A DNA stretch of 64,000 nt, taken from Xanthomonas sp. (GTDB lineage: Bacteria > Pseudomonadota > Gammaproteobacteria > Xanthomonadales > SZUA-5). The notes under the pieces are model-generated. The model was given only the letters and a program-made list of their open reading frames with translations, had not been told where the DNA came from and searched no databases. The stretch is taken from the NCBI GenBank assembly GCA_020693165.1, contig JAIMJQ010000001.1, forward strand, positions 142 through 64,141, read 5' to 3'. The number at the start of each line of letters is the position of its first letter. Position 1 is the stretch's first letter. Position numbers and translations under genes: made by a program. This document shows, piece after piece, positions 44,666-54,951 of this stretch.

Positions 44666-46603
44666 CTACAGGATCGGCGGCAGCGGGCAGTGAAGCAGAG
44701 TGCAGGTGAGTCGCAGCAGTTCGGCCTCGGCAATCTTGATCTGCCCGTCGTGGCCGACGGTCGTCGCCAGTGCCAGCACCAGCATTTCCTTGCCGGCTGG
44801 CAGCAGCGCGTCGAGCGCAGGCAACGCCCGGTCGAGTGCGTCAACCCAGTCGGCCGGCGGTGCGTAGACTTCACCGGCGCCGGGGAATAGTGCGCCAACC
44901 CCGGCCGCGTATGCCCGCTGCGCACTCTCGGTCCGGTGGTGACCGTGATACGCCAGCACGGCGAGCAGGTTCAGCGCCTCGCGGCGCAGCCCGTTCAACT
45001 TGGCGCGACCGCCGCGGTCTTCGCTCGGCGCCAACGACTCTTTCAACTGCTGCCGCAGCAAGCGCGCGAGCACATATTCGAAGACCTCGATGCGGCCGTC
45101 GCTGTGGATCAGTGTCTCCAGGGTATCAACCAGTTGTCGCAACTCGGCGGCGGGCCTCCGCTTCAGCGCCGGCATCGCCAGTTGCGCCAGTGGCGCCCGT
45201 TGCGCCGGGTGCAGGCTGCGAGTCACGTCGAGCAGTTCCTCGGTGCCGCGTGCGCGTACCGACCCGAGTCGATGGGCGATTTCGGCCAGGTGGCTGGCCG
45301 GATCGCGCTCGCGTGCAACTAGCAGCGACAGCACGACGTCGATGGCGCGCTCGCGCATGTGCGCGGCGGCGGTGAGGATCGGCGGCAGCGAGCGCCGGAT
45401 CGCAGCGGCGTACTCGACGTGCTCGACACCTGGATTGGCGATGTCGCTGACGACTTGCCGTGGCAATGGGGCCGCGACCTGCGCGTCGGTGGGTGGCCGC
45501 ATCGGCGCGGCCGCCAGGGGGGCGGCGCTGAAGCCGGCCAGCAGTTCGCTTGCCGCTGGCGGATCGGCGTCCTCGTCGATACCCTCGAAGGTGCGTTCGG
45601 TGCCCGCCAGCTGCTCCAGCAATTGCGGATCAAAGCGCGGGTCGATGCGCTTGATGCGCTCCACCAGCGGCGGGTGTGTGGCGGTCAGGCGCCCGTAGCC
45701 GACGCCGTCGCCGAACAGCATGTGGGCGACTTCCTCGCCGCCGCCGTCGCTGAGCTTCGATCCGGCCTGGAAGGCGCCAATCTTCATCAGTGCACCCGAC
45801 AGCCCGTGCGACAGGCGCGTGAACTGCACGGCCGACGCGTCGGCCAGAAACTCGCGCTGGCGCGAGATGTAGGCCTTGATCAGTCGCCCGAGGAAAACGC
45901 CGAGATAGCCGAAGACCATCACCGCCAGCGCGATCAGCGCAATCGCGTTGCCTTCCTTCCTGGAGCCGCCGAAGCGCATGTGCGCGAGCACTCGCTGTCC
46001 GGTCAGGCCGAGCACCAGCAGGCCGAAGATCAGCCCCATCAGGCGCAGGTTCAGGCGCATGTCGCCGTTCAGGATATGGCTGAATTCGTGGGCGATGACG
46101 CCCTGCAACTCGTCGCGACTGAGGCGGTCGAGGGCGCCGCGGGTCACCGCAACAGCGGCATCGCTCGGCGTGTAGCCGGCAGCAAATGCGTTGATCCCGG
46201 ACTCGCGGTCGAGCACATAGATTTCGGGTACCGGCACTCCCGAGGCGATCGCCATTTCTTCGACGACGTTGCGCAATCGTTTCAGCTGGAAATCGCGCGG
46301 ATCCTCCGGCACCAGCGTGCCGCCCAGTGCGCGGGCGACGTTGCCGCCGCCGCTGCGCAGGCTGAGCGTCTTGAACACGCTGCCGACGCCAATCACGCCA
46401 AGCGTGACCAGCGATCCCATCAGCATCACCCCGATCACTCGGTCGGGGTCGACCGGCTCGCCGCCATCAATGGCGACCCCGCCGAAGACGATCAGCACGA
46501 CGATGTTGATCGCCGCGACGATGATCAGGACTGCCAGCGCGAACAGCCAAAGTACGCGCCGGGTCTTGGTGCGCGCCGCTGCCTGATGCTCGAAGAAGTT
46601 CAT
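44666..46603 (-). CDS. M48 family metallopeptidase (HtpX-like) with a long C-terminal TerB-like region
   Basis: N-terminal TM segments, HEFSHILNGD (HExxH), and a ~300-aa C-terminal extension with DGRIEVFEYVL / DGQIKIAEAELLR motifs. Confidence 0.85.
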   Translation of the reverse strand: MNFFEHQAAARTKTRRVLWLFALAVLIIVAAINIVVLIVFGGVAIDGGEPVDPDRVIGVMLMGSLVTLGVIGVGSVFKTLSLRSGGGNVARALGGTLVPEDPRDFQLKRLRNVVEEMAIASGVPVPEIYVLDRESGINAFAAGYTPSDAAVAVTRGALDRLSRDELQGVIAHEFSHILNGDMRLNLRLMGLIFGLLVLGLTGQRVLAHMRFGGSRKEGNAIALIALAVMVFGYLGVFLGRLIKAYISRQREFLADASAVQFTRLSHGLSGALMKIGAFQAGSKLSDGGGEEVAHMLFGDGVGYGRLTATHPPLVERIKRIDPRFDPQLLEQLAGTERTFEGIDEDADPPAASELLAGFSAAPLAAAPMRPPTDAQVAAPLPRQVVSDIANPGVEHVEYAAAIRRSLPPILTAAAHMRERAIDVVLSLLVARERDPASHLAEIAHRLGSVRARGTEELLDVTRSLHPAQRAPLAQLAMPALKRRPAAELRQLVDTLETLIHSDGRIEVFEYVLARLLRQQLKESLAPSEDRGGRAKLNGLRREALNLLAVLAYHGHHRTESAQRAYAAGVGALFPGAGEVYAPPADWVDALDRALPALDALLPAGKEMLVLALATTVGHDGQIKIAEAELLRLTCTLLHCPLPPIL

Positions 46604-46640
46604 TCGCGCAGTACCGCGCGGGCGAAGTGGCGGTCGCGTT

Positions 46641-47231
46641 TCAGGTGAAGCTCACCTTGGGGACTTCGCGCTTGGCCGGATCATCGAGCTCGAGGTAGGT
46701 GGCAGGCCCGAACGCGAACATGCCTGCGACCAGATTGCCGGGGAATACCTCGCGCTTGTTGTTGTAACCGAGCACGCCGTCGTTGTAGGCCTGCCGCGCG
46801 AACGCCACTTTGTTCTCGGTGCTGGTCAGTTCTTCCGACAGCTGCATCATGGTGGTGTTCGCCTTCAAGTCCGGGTAGGCCTCGGACAGGGCAAACAGGC
46901 GCCCGAGCGCGCCGGTCAGCTGGTTCTCGGACGCCGCCAACTGCTGCACCGCCGCCGCGTCGCCCGGATTGGCGCTGGCCGCGCGCAGACCGCTGACCGC
47001 AGAATTGCGAGCCTGGATGACGGCTTCCAGCGTTTCGCGCTCGTGCTTGATGTAACCCTTGGCGATCTCGACCAGATTGGGAATCAGGTCGTGGCGGCGG
47101 GTCAACTGCACGTCGATCTGGCTGAACGCGTTCTTGTAGCCGTTGCGTGCGGTGACCAGCCCGTTGTAGATGCTGACAAAAAACAGTGCAACGGCAACCA
47201 GAACTACCATCAGGATCACGGTCGAGAGCAT
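46641..47231 (-). CDS. lemA: LemA family protein
   Basis: MLSTVILMVVLVAVALFFVSIYNGLV...QIDVQLTRRHDLIPNLVE. ATG 47231 (GGAGA 5 nt upstream) is preferred to the GTG at 47243. Confidence 0.9.
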   Translation of the reverse strand: MLSTVILMVVLVAVALFFVSIYNGLVTARNGYKNAFSQIDVQLTRRHDLIPNLVEIAKGYIKHERETLEAVIQARNSAVSGLRAASANPGDAAAVQQLAASENQLTGALGRLFALSEAYPDLKANTTMMQLSEELTSTENKVAFARQAYNDGVLGYNNKREVFPGNLVAGMFAFGPATYLELDDPAKREVPKVSFT

Positions 47232-47306
47232 CTTTGTCTCCACTCAGGCGCCGGGAAAAGCGCTACGATTGAATGCGTCGATGAAAGAATATCATGGGGG
47301 GTACGG

Positions 47307-48536
47307 ATGCTCCGGTTGCTGACCAGGACCTGTGCCTGCGCACTTGCCCTGTGGGCGTCCTCGCCAGTGGCCGCCGCGAGCGTCGACTCGGCGGCGTCGC
47401 TGCCGCTGGCCGACACGCTGCCGACAGAAGTGCGGGCCTGGGTCGATGCGGTTTCGGGAAGTGGAGCTACGCCGGCACTCAGCGTCGCCATCGTGCGCGC
47501 GGGTCAAGCCGACTTGCTGTTTACCGCCGGCGAGACGTATACCGGCTCCGGTCAGTCAGTGTCCGAGCACACGGTTTTTCGCCTGGCCTCGGTGTCCAAG
47601 GGATTTGCCGGGACCCTGTGTGGATTGCTCGCCGAGACCGGTTTTCTTTCGCTGCAGCAGAGCGTTGTCGATCTGGTGCCTGGACTGCAACTCGCAGATC
47701 CGGAAGCGCCTGCCGCGTTGACGCTGGAACGCTTGCTCAGTCACCAGACCGGATTGCCTCACCATACCTTCGACATGCGCCTCGAAGCCAATGCTGCGCT
47801 GGCCGATCTGATCCAGTCGTTACCCAGCGTGCGTCCGGCCTGCGCCGTGGGTGGCTGCTATGCGTACCAGAATGTCATGTTCAACGTCGCCGCCGATGCC
47901 GCGTTCGGCGCCGTTGGCAGTTTTTTCCCGGTGGAGCTCAGTCGGCGCCTGCTGGTCCCGCTTGACATGCGCGATACATCGGTGGGTCGCGAAGCACTGA
48001 TGGCAGGCAGCAACTGGGCCCGCCCGCATGTCCAGGCGCGCGGCGGTTGGGTTCCGGTCGAGCCCAAACCTACCTACTACCAGTTGCCGGCGGCGGCAGG
48101 CGTCAACGCCAGCATCCACGATGTGGCGATCTGGATGCGCGCACAACTTGGCGAGCGTCCGGACGTATTGCCATTGCCGGTCCTGGAACTGGTGCAAAGC
48201 ACACGCATCGATACGCCGGGCGAATTGCTAGGTCCGCGCTGGCGCCGCGAACGCGTACGCAGCGCCGGCTATGCACTCGGCTGGCGCGTGTTCGACTACG
48301 CTGGCTCGCGACTGGTGTTTCATGCCGGCGCGGTGCAAGGTTATCGGGCGATGGTCGGTCTGCTGCCGGAGCATGGATTTGGTGTCGCGGTGCTGTGGAA
48401 CTCCAACAGCGGCGTGCCGGCGGGCCTGCTTCCACGCATCCTCGATCGCCAATTGCAGCTGATTGGCCCGGATTGGCTGGACCTGCAGCGCCTGCAGGTG
48501 GCGGCGCAACCACCGGGGCGCAAGCCGCGCGGGTGA
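47307..48536 (+). CDS. Serine hydrolase, class C beta-lactamase/transpeptidase-like
   Basis: Signal peptide MLRLLTRTCACALALWASSPVAA, SxxK motif FRLASVSKGF, and a YxN-like YAYQN. Confidence 0.85.
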   Translation: MLRLLTRTCACALALWASSPVAAASVDSAASLPLADTLPTEVRAWVDAVSGSGATPALSVAIVRAGQADLLFTAGETYTGSGQSVSEHTVFRLASVSKGFAGTLCGLLAETGFLSLQQSVVDLVPGLQLADPEAPAALTLERLLSHQTGLPHHTFDMRLEANAALADLIQSLPSVRPACAVGGCYAYQNVMFNVAADAAFGAVGSFFPVELSRRLLVPLDMRDTSVGREALMAGSNWARPHVQARGGWVPVEPKPTYYQLPAAAGVNASIHDVAIWMRAQLGERPDVLPLPVLELVQSTRIDTPGELLGPRWRRERVRSAGYALGWRVFDYAGSRLVFHAGAVQGYRAMVGLLPEHGFGVAVLWNSNSGVPAGLLPRILDRQLQLIGPDWLDLQRLQVAAQPPGRKPRG

Positions 48537-48845
48537 TTGGTGTGGGTTGTTGGTGGTGGTGTCGGAAAAAGCGAAGGCAGGCCGCAAGCCATCGCAAATA
48601 CCGTTCGTCCCGAGCGTTTCCCGCGAGTCCTGCGAGCGGAAAATAGTCGAAGGACGCCAGCCGCCAGGCATCGCCGAAGCCGCAAGTGCGCTGGGACCTA
48701 CTTCCCCGACTTTCATCGCGGCCACCGCTCTGTCTAACCGCCGCCCCACGAACCAATCCCGCCTTGAACGGGGTGAGTCGAGACGTCTGTCTGTCAGATC
48801 ACTTCGGGCCCGCTTCAACCAACACCGACACCAACAACCGACACC
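48537..48845. repeat. Large foldback element with GGTGTT/GTTGGT-periodic arms (same arm family as 54819-54945)
   Basis: The left arm ggtgtgggttgttggtggtggtgtcgg (48539-48565) matches the reverse complement of the 27 nt 48819-48845 of the right arm (full arm 48816-48845) at 23 of 27 positions. The loop is ~250 bp. It fills the gap between the convergent hydrolase and TonB-like genes. Confidence 0.8.
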
Positions 48846-48857
48846 GCTCCTTCTCCG

Positions 48858-49862
48858 TCAGTTCAGGTTGAACGTCAACCGCTGGCGCGCCTTCGCCGCG
48901 ACGGGTTTGCCGTTTTCGACTCGCGGCGTGAACTTCCATTGCCCAAGCGCACGCGTCGCCTCGCGATCGAACACGCGGCGCGGCTCGGCGTCAACCACGC
49001 TGATGTCTTCGACATCGCCGCTCGCGGTGATCGTGAACGACAACTCTACCCAGCCTTCGGTACGGCTGCGCAGGGCCTGCGACGGATAACTGGGATTGAC
49101 CCGTTTCACCAGCGCGAAGTCTTTGTTTTGTGGTGCCGTCGAGCTGGCTACCGAAGTGGCTGGTGCCGCAGAAGCCACTTGAGTCGGCGGCGCCTGCACC
49201 GGCGCCGGTGCGGTGGGTTCGGGCGGTGGTGCAGTGGCGGGCGCGGCGGGCTCCGGCGGCGGCGCCGGTTGGGCCGCCGCTTGTGCCGCGGCGGCAGCCT
49301 GATCGCGGGCCTGGCGTTCGGCCAGCCGCGCAGCTTCCTCTTCGGCCTTCAGCTGCTGCTCGTCGGCGCGGCGCTGGACCACGATACGTTGCTCGAGATT
49401 GGTCACGACTACCGATGTCGGCTGCGCCCGCTTGAGCAGATTCACCGCCTCCTGGGCCTCATCGAGGCGATCGTCGTCGATCATCTTTTCAGCGACGCCC
49501 TGTGCCAGCGGCATCAATTCCAGAATCGCCAGTTGCGCGTGGCGATTGTCCGGCTCGGCATCCAGTACCTTGAGGTAGTACTCGATCGCGTTGTTGCCAA
49601 CCGGTTGAATCAAACGTTGCTCGCGCATCGCCGAGCGAGCCGCGTCCAGCAATTGGGGCACCGTTTGCAGCGGCGCATCCGCCGCCACTGCCGGTGCCGG
49701 CTCAGCCGCCGGCTGCGCGGCGACCGGCGCTGTCCCGGCGGGGCTGCCCGTCTGCGGTTCTGCGGGCGGCGGATCCCCGCCGCAACCGGCCAGGCCGGCG
49801 ATTGCGGCCAGCATCACGACAATCGGCAGAACCCTGACTCTCTGCGCGCACAACTCGTTCAT
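48858..49862 (-). CDS. TonB-family energy-transducer-like protein (lipobox N-terminus, TPR-like middle, Pro/Ala-rich linker, TonB C-terminal domain)
   Basis: The C-terminus VNPSYPSQALRSRTEGWVELSFTITASGDVEDISVVDAEPRRVFDREATRALGQWKFTP is a TonB_C fold pattern. The internal ATG at 49862 gives MNELCAQRVRVLPIVVMLAAIAGLAGC. Confidence 0.8.
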   Translation of the reverse strand: MNELCAQRVRVLPIVVMLAAIAGLAGCGGDPPPAEPQTGSPAGTAPVAAQPAAEPAPAVAADAPLQTVPQLLDAARSAMREQRLIQPVGNNAIEYYLKVLDAEPDNRHAQLAILELMPLAQGVAEKMIDDDRLDEAQEAVNLLKRAQPTSVVVTNLEQRIVVQRRADEQQLKAEEEAARLAERQARDQAAAAAQAAAQPAPPPEPAAPATAPPPEPTAPAPVQAPPTQVASAAPATSVASSTAPQNKDFALVKRVNPSYPSQALRSRTEGWVELSFTITASGDVEDISVVDAEPRRVFDREATRALGQWKFTPRVENGKPVAAKARQRLTFNLN

Positions 49863-50088
49863 AGCCTTCACCTCGATCCCCCGGGAGCTTGAAGCGGGCG
49901 CCGGCAGCGGCACCTCCCCTGCCACGCTGCGAATCCGATCACAGATCCATGCGCCCACTTCAAGGTTACACGAATAGGTTCGTTCAATGAAAATCTCTTA
50001 ACCTGCTGGCGACGGCCGGGGCCATGGCTTTCGCCGAACGTTCCCAAATTTCGCAATTGCGGATCCGCCGGGCGCGTGGCCGACGTCG

Positions 50089-51177
50089 TCAGGACTTGCC
50101 GAGCAACTGATCCAGCGCCTGCGCCCGGTCCTCCTGCTGCAACGGGCCAATCACCGGATCAAGGTTGCCTTCGATGATGTCTCCCAATTGATAGAGAGTC
50201 AGGTTGACGCGATGGTCGGTCAGCCGTCCCTGCGGGAAGTTGTAGGTGCGAATGCGCTGCGAACGGTCGCCGCTGCCGACCTGCAGCTTGCGATCCTCCG
50301 ATTGCTGCTGCGCCTGCTTGTTGCGCTCGGCGTCGGTCAGGCGTGCCTGCAGCAGACTCATCGCCCGCGCGCGGTTCTTGTGTTGCGAGCGCTCGTCCTG
50401 GCACTCAACGACGGTACCGGTCGGCAGATGCGTGATGCGGATCGCCGAGTCGGTCTTGTTGACGTGCTGTCCGCCAGCGCCCGAGGCGCGGAAGGTGTCG
50501 ACCTTCAGCTCGGCCGGATTGATCGGCGTGGCGTCGATCTCGTCGAGTTCCGGCAGGATGGCGACGGTGCATGCCGAGGTATGGATGCGTCCTTGCGCCT
50601 CGGTTTCCGGCACCCGCTGGACCCGATGCGTGCCAGACTCGAACTTGAACGCAGTCCATGCCCCTGCGCCTTCCACGCGCGCAATGACCTCCTTGAACCC
50701 GCCACGTTCGCCGGGGCTCTGGCTCAGGATTTCCATGCGCCAGTCGCGTCGCTCGGCATAGCGGGCGTACATGCGGAAGAGGTCGCCGGCAAAGATCGCC
50801 GCTTCATCGCCGCCGGTTCCGGCGCGCACCTCGAGGAACAGGCTGCGTTCGTCGCGGGGGTCGCCGGGCACCAGGTTCTGCGCCAGCGAGTCGCCCAAAG
50901 CCGCAAGATGCTGTTCCAGTTCGTCCGCCTCGGCCTGCGCCATCTCGCGCATTTCGCCACGTTCGGTCTCGGCCATCGCGCGCGTCGCGGCGAGGTCGGA
51001 TTCGAGCCGCTGGTACTCGGAATACTCCCTTGCCAACGCTTCCAGCTGCGAACATTCGCGTGACAATTCGCGAAAGCGCGTGCCGTCGGACAGCGTTTCC
51101 GGCTGCGCCAGCAGCAACTGCACTTCCTGCAGTCGCTCGCTCATTTCGTCGAGCTTGTGGCGGATGCGAGGGTTCAT
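50089..51177 (-). CDS. prfA: Peptide chain release factor 1
   Basis: GGQ motif [11 protein letters not shown] and the PxT tripeptide region [21 protein letters not shown] 51177 overlaps the hemA stop (ATGA). Confidence 0.97.
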   Translation of the reverse strand: MNPRIRHKLDEMSERLQEVQLLLAQPETLSDGTRFRELSRECSQLEALAREYSEYQRLESDLAATRAMAETERGEMREMAQAEADELEQHLAALGDSLAQNLVPGDPRDERSLFLEVRAGTGGDEAAIFAGDLFRMYARYAERRDWRMEILSQSPGERGGFKEVIARVEGAGAWTAFKFESGTHRVQRVPETEAQGRIHTSACTVAILPELDEIDATPINPAELKVDTFRASGAGGQHVNKTDSAIRITHLPTGTVVECQDERSQHKNRARAMSLLQARLTDAERNKQAQQQSEDRKLQVGSGDRSQRIRTYNFPQGRLTDHRVNLTLYQLGDIIEGNLDPVIGPLQQEDRAQALDQLLGKS

Positions 51178-52445
51178 GACTCGCCGCTTTTGAGAGGCTC
51201 CAACGCCAGCAGGCGCGTCGCGAACTCGATCAGATCCTCGTCTCCGAGTGCGGCGGCGCTGCGCAGGCCAACGGTCGGGCGGTGCAGCAGACGGTTGGTC
51301 AGTGTGCGCGACAAATACTCCAGCGCCTGTTCCGGCGTGGCGCCGTTGTGCAGACGCTTCAGGGCGCGCGCGAGCACATCTTGGCGCGCCTGATCGGCAC
51401 GTCGGCGCATGCTGACAATGGTCGATGCGGCGGCGCGCTCGCGCCACCACGCCATGAACTCCTCGACATGCAGCGACACCATCGACTCGGCCTGCGCCGC
51501 GGCCTCGCGGCGACCGCGCAAGCCTTCCTCGACGACACTGCGCAGATCGTCGACCGTGTACAGATAGACGTCGTCGAGTTCGCCGACTGCGGTCTCGATG
51601 TTGCGCGGGACGCCGAGGTCGACAGCGAACAGCGGTCTGCGGCGACGTCCGGCAAAGGCGCGCTTGAGGGCTTCGGCGCGGATTACCGGCTCGCTGCCAT
51701 GGGTCGCGGTGACCAGAATGTCACAATCGGCCAGGTGGGCATCGAGGTCGGCGAGGCGCGCCGCCTGGCCGCCGATGCGATCGGCGAGCGCACGCGCGCG
51801 TTCCAGGGTCCGATTGACCACCAGCATGCGGCGGACGCCGGCGCCGAGCAGGTGGCGAGCAACCAGTTCGATGGTTTCGCCGGCCCCTACCAGGACCGCC
51901 TGGCGCCGCGGCATTTCGTCGAACACCTGGGTCGCGAGGCGCACCGCAGCGTACGCCACCGAGACGGCGTTCGCGCCAAGCCGGGTTTCAGTGCGTACAT
52001 TCTTGGCCACCGAAAAGCTGCGCTGCAGCAGTTGCTCCAGTGGACCCGACAACGTGCGCGCGTCCTGGGCGATGCGATAGGCCTGCTTCAGTTGCCCGAG
52101 TATCTGCGGTTCACCGACCACCAGCGAATCGAGTCCGGTCGCCACCCGGAACAAATGGCGCACCGCATTTTCATCCTGATAGCGGTAAGCTGAGCTTTGC
52201 AGTTCGGAGCGGGCAAATCCGTGGAATCGCTCCAGCCAGTCGAGCGGGTTGTGCTCGGTCCCCGGTTGATGATCCACGTACAATTCGGTGCGATTGCAGG
52301 TGCTGAGGATCGCGGCTGCGCCAACTCCGGGCAGCGCACGGAGATCGCGCAGCGCCGCCGGAGTGCTCTCGGGCGCAAACGCCACCCGCTCGCGCAGCGC
52401 GATCGGTGCAGTCGCATGATTGATGCCCAGCGCCAGAATGGCCAT
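51174..52445 (-). CDS. hemA: Glutamyl-tRNA reductase
   Basis: [23 protein letters not shown]...[10 protein letters not shown] (catalytic Cys). The internal ATG at 52445 was chosen. Confidence 0.96.
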   Translation of the reverse strand: MAILALGINHATAPIALRERVAFAPESTPAALRDLRALPGVGAAAILSTCNRTELYVDHQPGTEHNPLDWLERFHGFARSELQSSAYRYQDENAVRHLFRVATGLDSLVVGEPQILGQLKQAYRIAQDARTLSGPLEQLLQRSFSVAKNVRTETRLGANAVSVAYAAVRLATQVFDEMPRRQAVLVGAGETIELVARHLLGAGVRRMLVVNRTLERARALADRIGGQAARLADLDAHLADCDILVTATHGSEPVIRAEALKRAFAGRRRRPLFAVDLGVPRNIETAVGELDDVYLYTVDDLRSVVEEGLRGRREAAAQAESMVSLHVEEFMAWWRERAAASTIVSMRRRADQARQDVLARALKRLHNGATPEQALEYLSRTLTNRLLHRPTVGLRSAAALGDEDLIEFATRLLALEPLKSGES

Positions 52446-52448
52446 AGA

Positions 52449-54200
52449 ATGTCTAATGCTCTCTCCAACAGCGAATTGTCCGTGCCTTGCGCCTTCGAGA
52501 TCAAGCGAACAAGCGTAGTGGGCGGCGATGGTCGTCGCAGCGTCTCGCTCGCGTCGATCCTGGTGCTGATACTCGCATCGTTTTGCGCGCCGCTTTCGTG
52601 GGCGGACGCCAACCCCGGCATCGACCCGCTCGCAGACGCCATGCAGGGCGAGTTTGCGCTGCAAGCCGGCGTGCTGGACGAGGCTGCGCGCGGTTACGCC
52701 GATGCCGCAATCGCCAGTAGCCAGGTCGCGCTGATCGAGCGCGCGGCGACGGTGGCCTTGTACGCCAAGGACTATGCAGCGGCCGACCGTGTCGGCGCGC
52801 GCTGGTTGTTGGTGGATCCAACTTCGGTCGCGGCGCGCCGGACACTGGCGTGGTCGGCGCTTGCCAGCGGTCGCGTCGATGCCGCTGATGGGTATCTGTC
52901 GCAACTCGCGGCCGTGCGTACGCTGGAGGCGCAGCGCGCAATCGCGCAGGTGCTGGTCGCCGTGGAGAATCGCGAGCATGCGCCGGCCAGCCTGCGCCGA
53001 ATGGCGAACGCCGGGGAATTGCTGACGCTGGACAACGGACCGGTATGGTCGGCGGTCGCCGGCAATCTCGGCGAATTCGCCGTCGCGGTGAAGTTGGCGC
53101 AGGCGGATACCGCGGCGCAGCCAAAGAGTGCCGAGGCCTGGCGGCGCAGCGCCCAGGCGCTACTCGCTGGCGGCGACCGGCAGGCCGCGCGCAAGGCGCT
53201 GGAGCGCGCGCTGGAGCTGGCGCCGAAGGACTTCGAGCTGCGCCTGGCGTTGGCCCGCTTGCACGCGGACGCCGGGCGCCGCGATCTTGCCGACAAGCTG
53301 CTCGCCCAGGCCAGGCCGCAGGACGATCGCGCGTTGGCGGCGCGGCTGGCCAACATCGCCAGCGAGCCGGATGCGAAGGTACTCAAGCGCATCGAGCGCG
53401 AGTTGCTGCGCAGCAAGCCTGACGTGGTCACTTCGCGCGCGTTTCTGTTGGGACAACTGTACGAGTTGCGCGAACAACCCGACCAGGCGCTGTCCTGGTA
53501 TGCCCAGGAGCCGGCGGGCGTCGCCTGGCACGAGTCGCAACTGCGGCGCAGCGTGCTGCTGGCGACCAAGAAAGGCGATATCGTCGGTGCGCGAGCAGTA
53601 CTGGCGGATCTGCGGCGCCAAGTCGAGGATCGCGATCAGCACAGCGACGCCTGGTTGCTCGAGGCCGAATTGCTCGCAGCTGTCGATCGCAAGGCCGCGC
53701 TGGCGGTCTACGATGCGGCCCTGGCGCAAGACAGCCGCGACATCCGTCTTTTGTATGCGCGCGCGCTGTTCCGCATCGGCGACGACGATGTGGCCGGTCT
53801 GGAGCAGGATTTGCGCAGCATCCTCAGCCTCGATCCGGAGAACGCCCAGGCGCTCAATGCGCTGGGTTACACGCTGGCTGATCGCACCGATCGCCAACAG
53901 GAAGCGCTCGACTACATCGGCCGTGCGCTGGCCAAGCAGCCGGACGACGCTGCGTTTCTCGACAGCATGGGCTGGGTGCAGTACCGGCTCGGAAATTTTG
54001 ACGAAGCGCTGCGCTATCTCCGGCGCGCGTTCGAGCTGATCCAGGACGGCGAGGTTGCCGCGCACCTCGGCGAGGCGCTGTGGTCGGCGGGTCGACGTGA
54101 TGAGGCGCAGGCGCATTGGCGCGAAGCGCTCGAACGCTGGCCCGACAACCCGGTTTTGACCGAGAGCCTGCAGCGTTTGCAGCCGGACCTGTTGCCTTGA
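52449..54200 (+). CDS. Tetratricopeptide repeat protein (conserved neighbour of lolB)
   Basis: Multiple TPR-like A/L-rich repeats, a signal-like SLASILVLILASFCAPLSWA segment, and a stop that overlaps the lolB start. ATG 52449 is only 3 nt from the divergent hemA start, so the true start is probably downstream (for example in-frame GTG 52518). Confidence 0.75.
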   Translation: MSNALSNSELSVPCAFEIKRTSVVGGDGRRSVSLASILVLILASFCAPLSWADANPGIDPLADAMQGEFALQAGVLDEAARGYADAAIASSQVALIERAATVALYAKDYAAADRVGARWLLVDPTSVAARRTLAWSALASGRVDAADGYLSQLAAVRTLEAQRAIAQVLVAVENREHAPASLRRMANAGELLTLDNGPVWSAVAGNLGEFAVAVKLAQADTAAQPKSAEAWRRSAQALLAGGDRQAARKALERALELAPKDFELRLALARLHADAGRRDLADKLLAQARPQDDRALAARLANIASEPDAKVLKRIERELLRSKPDVVTSRAFLLGQLYELREQPDQALSWYAQEPAGVAWHESQLRRSVLLATKKGDIVGARAVLADLRRQVEDRDQHSDAWLLEAELLAAVDRKAALAVYDAALAQDSRDIRLLYARALFRIGDDDVAGLEQDLRSILSLDPENAQALNALGYTLADRTDRQQEALDYIGRALAKQPDDAAFLDSMGWVQYRLGNFDEALRYLRRAFELIQDGEVAAHLGEALWSAGRRDEAQAHWREALERWPDNPVLTESLQRLQPDLLP

Positions 54201-54808
54201 GGCGCCTCGGTTGGCTGCTGGTGATCGCGCTGGTGCTGCCAGCATGTGCGCCGCGAGCGATTCGTCCCGCGGCGGCGCCGAATCTGGTGCGTGCCGAGCA
54301 GATGCTGTCGGAACGCGAGTCGCTGTTGTTTGAACGCGATCGCTTCGACCTCGCCGGGCGCATCGCCATCAGCGATGGCAAGGATGGTGGCAGCGGCAGG
54401 TTCGACTGGCAGCAGCGCGGTGCGGCCTACAGCCTGCGCTTTACCGCGCCGGTGACCGCGCGCAGCTGGCGCCTCGAAGCGCAGCCCGGGCAGGCCTTGC
54501 TGATCGAATCGAACGGTGCCGTGCGCGTTGCCAACAGTGCCGAACAGCTGCTGCAGCGGGAACTGCGCTGGCATCTGCCGTCGGACTCGTTGCGCTACTG
54601 GGTACTCGGCATGCGCGCGCCGGGCGCCGCCAGCGATCTCACCTTCGATGCCGAAGGTCGACTTGCGCAATTGCGCCAATCCGGTTGGGAGATTCGCTAC
54701 ATCGAGTTCGACGACGCGCATTCCCCGCCGCTGCCGCGCAAGCTGTTTGCCCGTTCCGGGGAGCACCAGGTGCGCATTTCGGTGCGCAAGTGGACGTTCC
54801 TGGAATAG
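54197..54808 (+). CDS. lolB: Outer-membrane lipoprotein LolB
   Basis: TTG start overlapping the upstream stop (TTGA). Lipobox LVIALVLPAC. Conserved position before ispE. The start is inferred. Confidence 0.8.
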   Translation: MRRLGWLLVIALVLPACAPRAIRPAAAPNLVRAEQMLSERESLLFERDRFDLAGRIAISDGKDGGSGRFDWQQRGAAYSLRFTAPVTARSWRLEAQPGQALLIESNGAVRVANSAEQLLQRELRWHLPSDSLRYWVLGMRAPGAASDLTFDAEGRLAQLRQSGWEIRYIEFDDAHSPPLPRKLFARSGEHQVRISVRKWTFLE

Positions 54809-54818
54809 GCGTGGTGTT

Positions 54819-54945
54819 GGTTGTTGGTGTTGGTGTTGGAAGGGCATAAAGGCGCAAGGCAGGGCGCTGCAACGTGCGCTGTCCGGCTGCCCCCATTGCC
54901 CGCCCGGTGCGGCCGTTGCTTGATCCAACACCAACACCAACAACC
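54819..54945. repeat. Foldback element with perfect 22-bp GTTGGT-periodic arms between lolB and ispE
   Basis: ggttgttggtgttggtgttgga (54819-54840) is the exact reverse complement of tccaacaccaacaccaacaacc (54924-54945). The loop is 83 nt. Confidence 0.95.
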
Positions 54946-54951
54946 GTCGCC

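Noticed and set aside
42769-44925. 718-aa minus-strand ORF
   Set aside because: It is antisense to the GMC oxidoreductase and crosses the family A repeat and the 3' end of the M48 gene out of frame.
49863-50088. Possible Fur box or small RNA in the relatively AT-rich spacer upstream of the TonB-like gene
   Set aside because: The best candidate (gattttcattgaacgaacc, minus strand) matches the GATAATGATAATCATTATC consensus only weakly. No convincing hairpin or terminator defines an sRNA.
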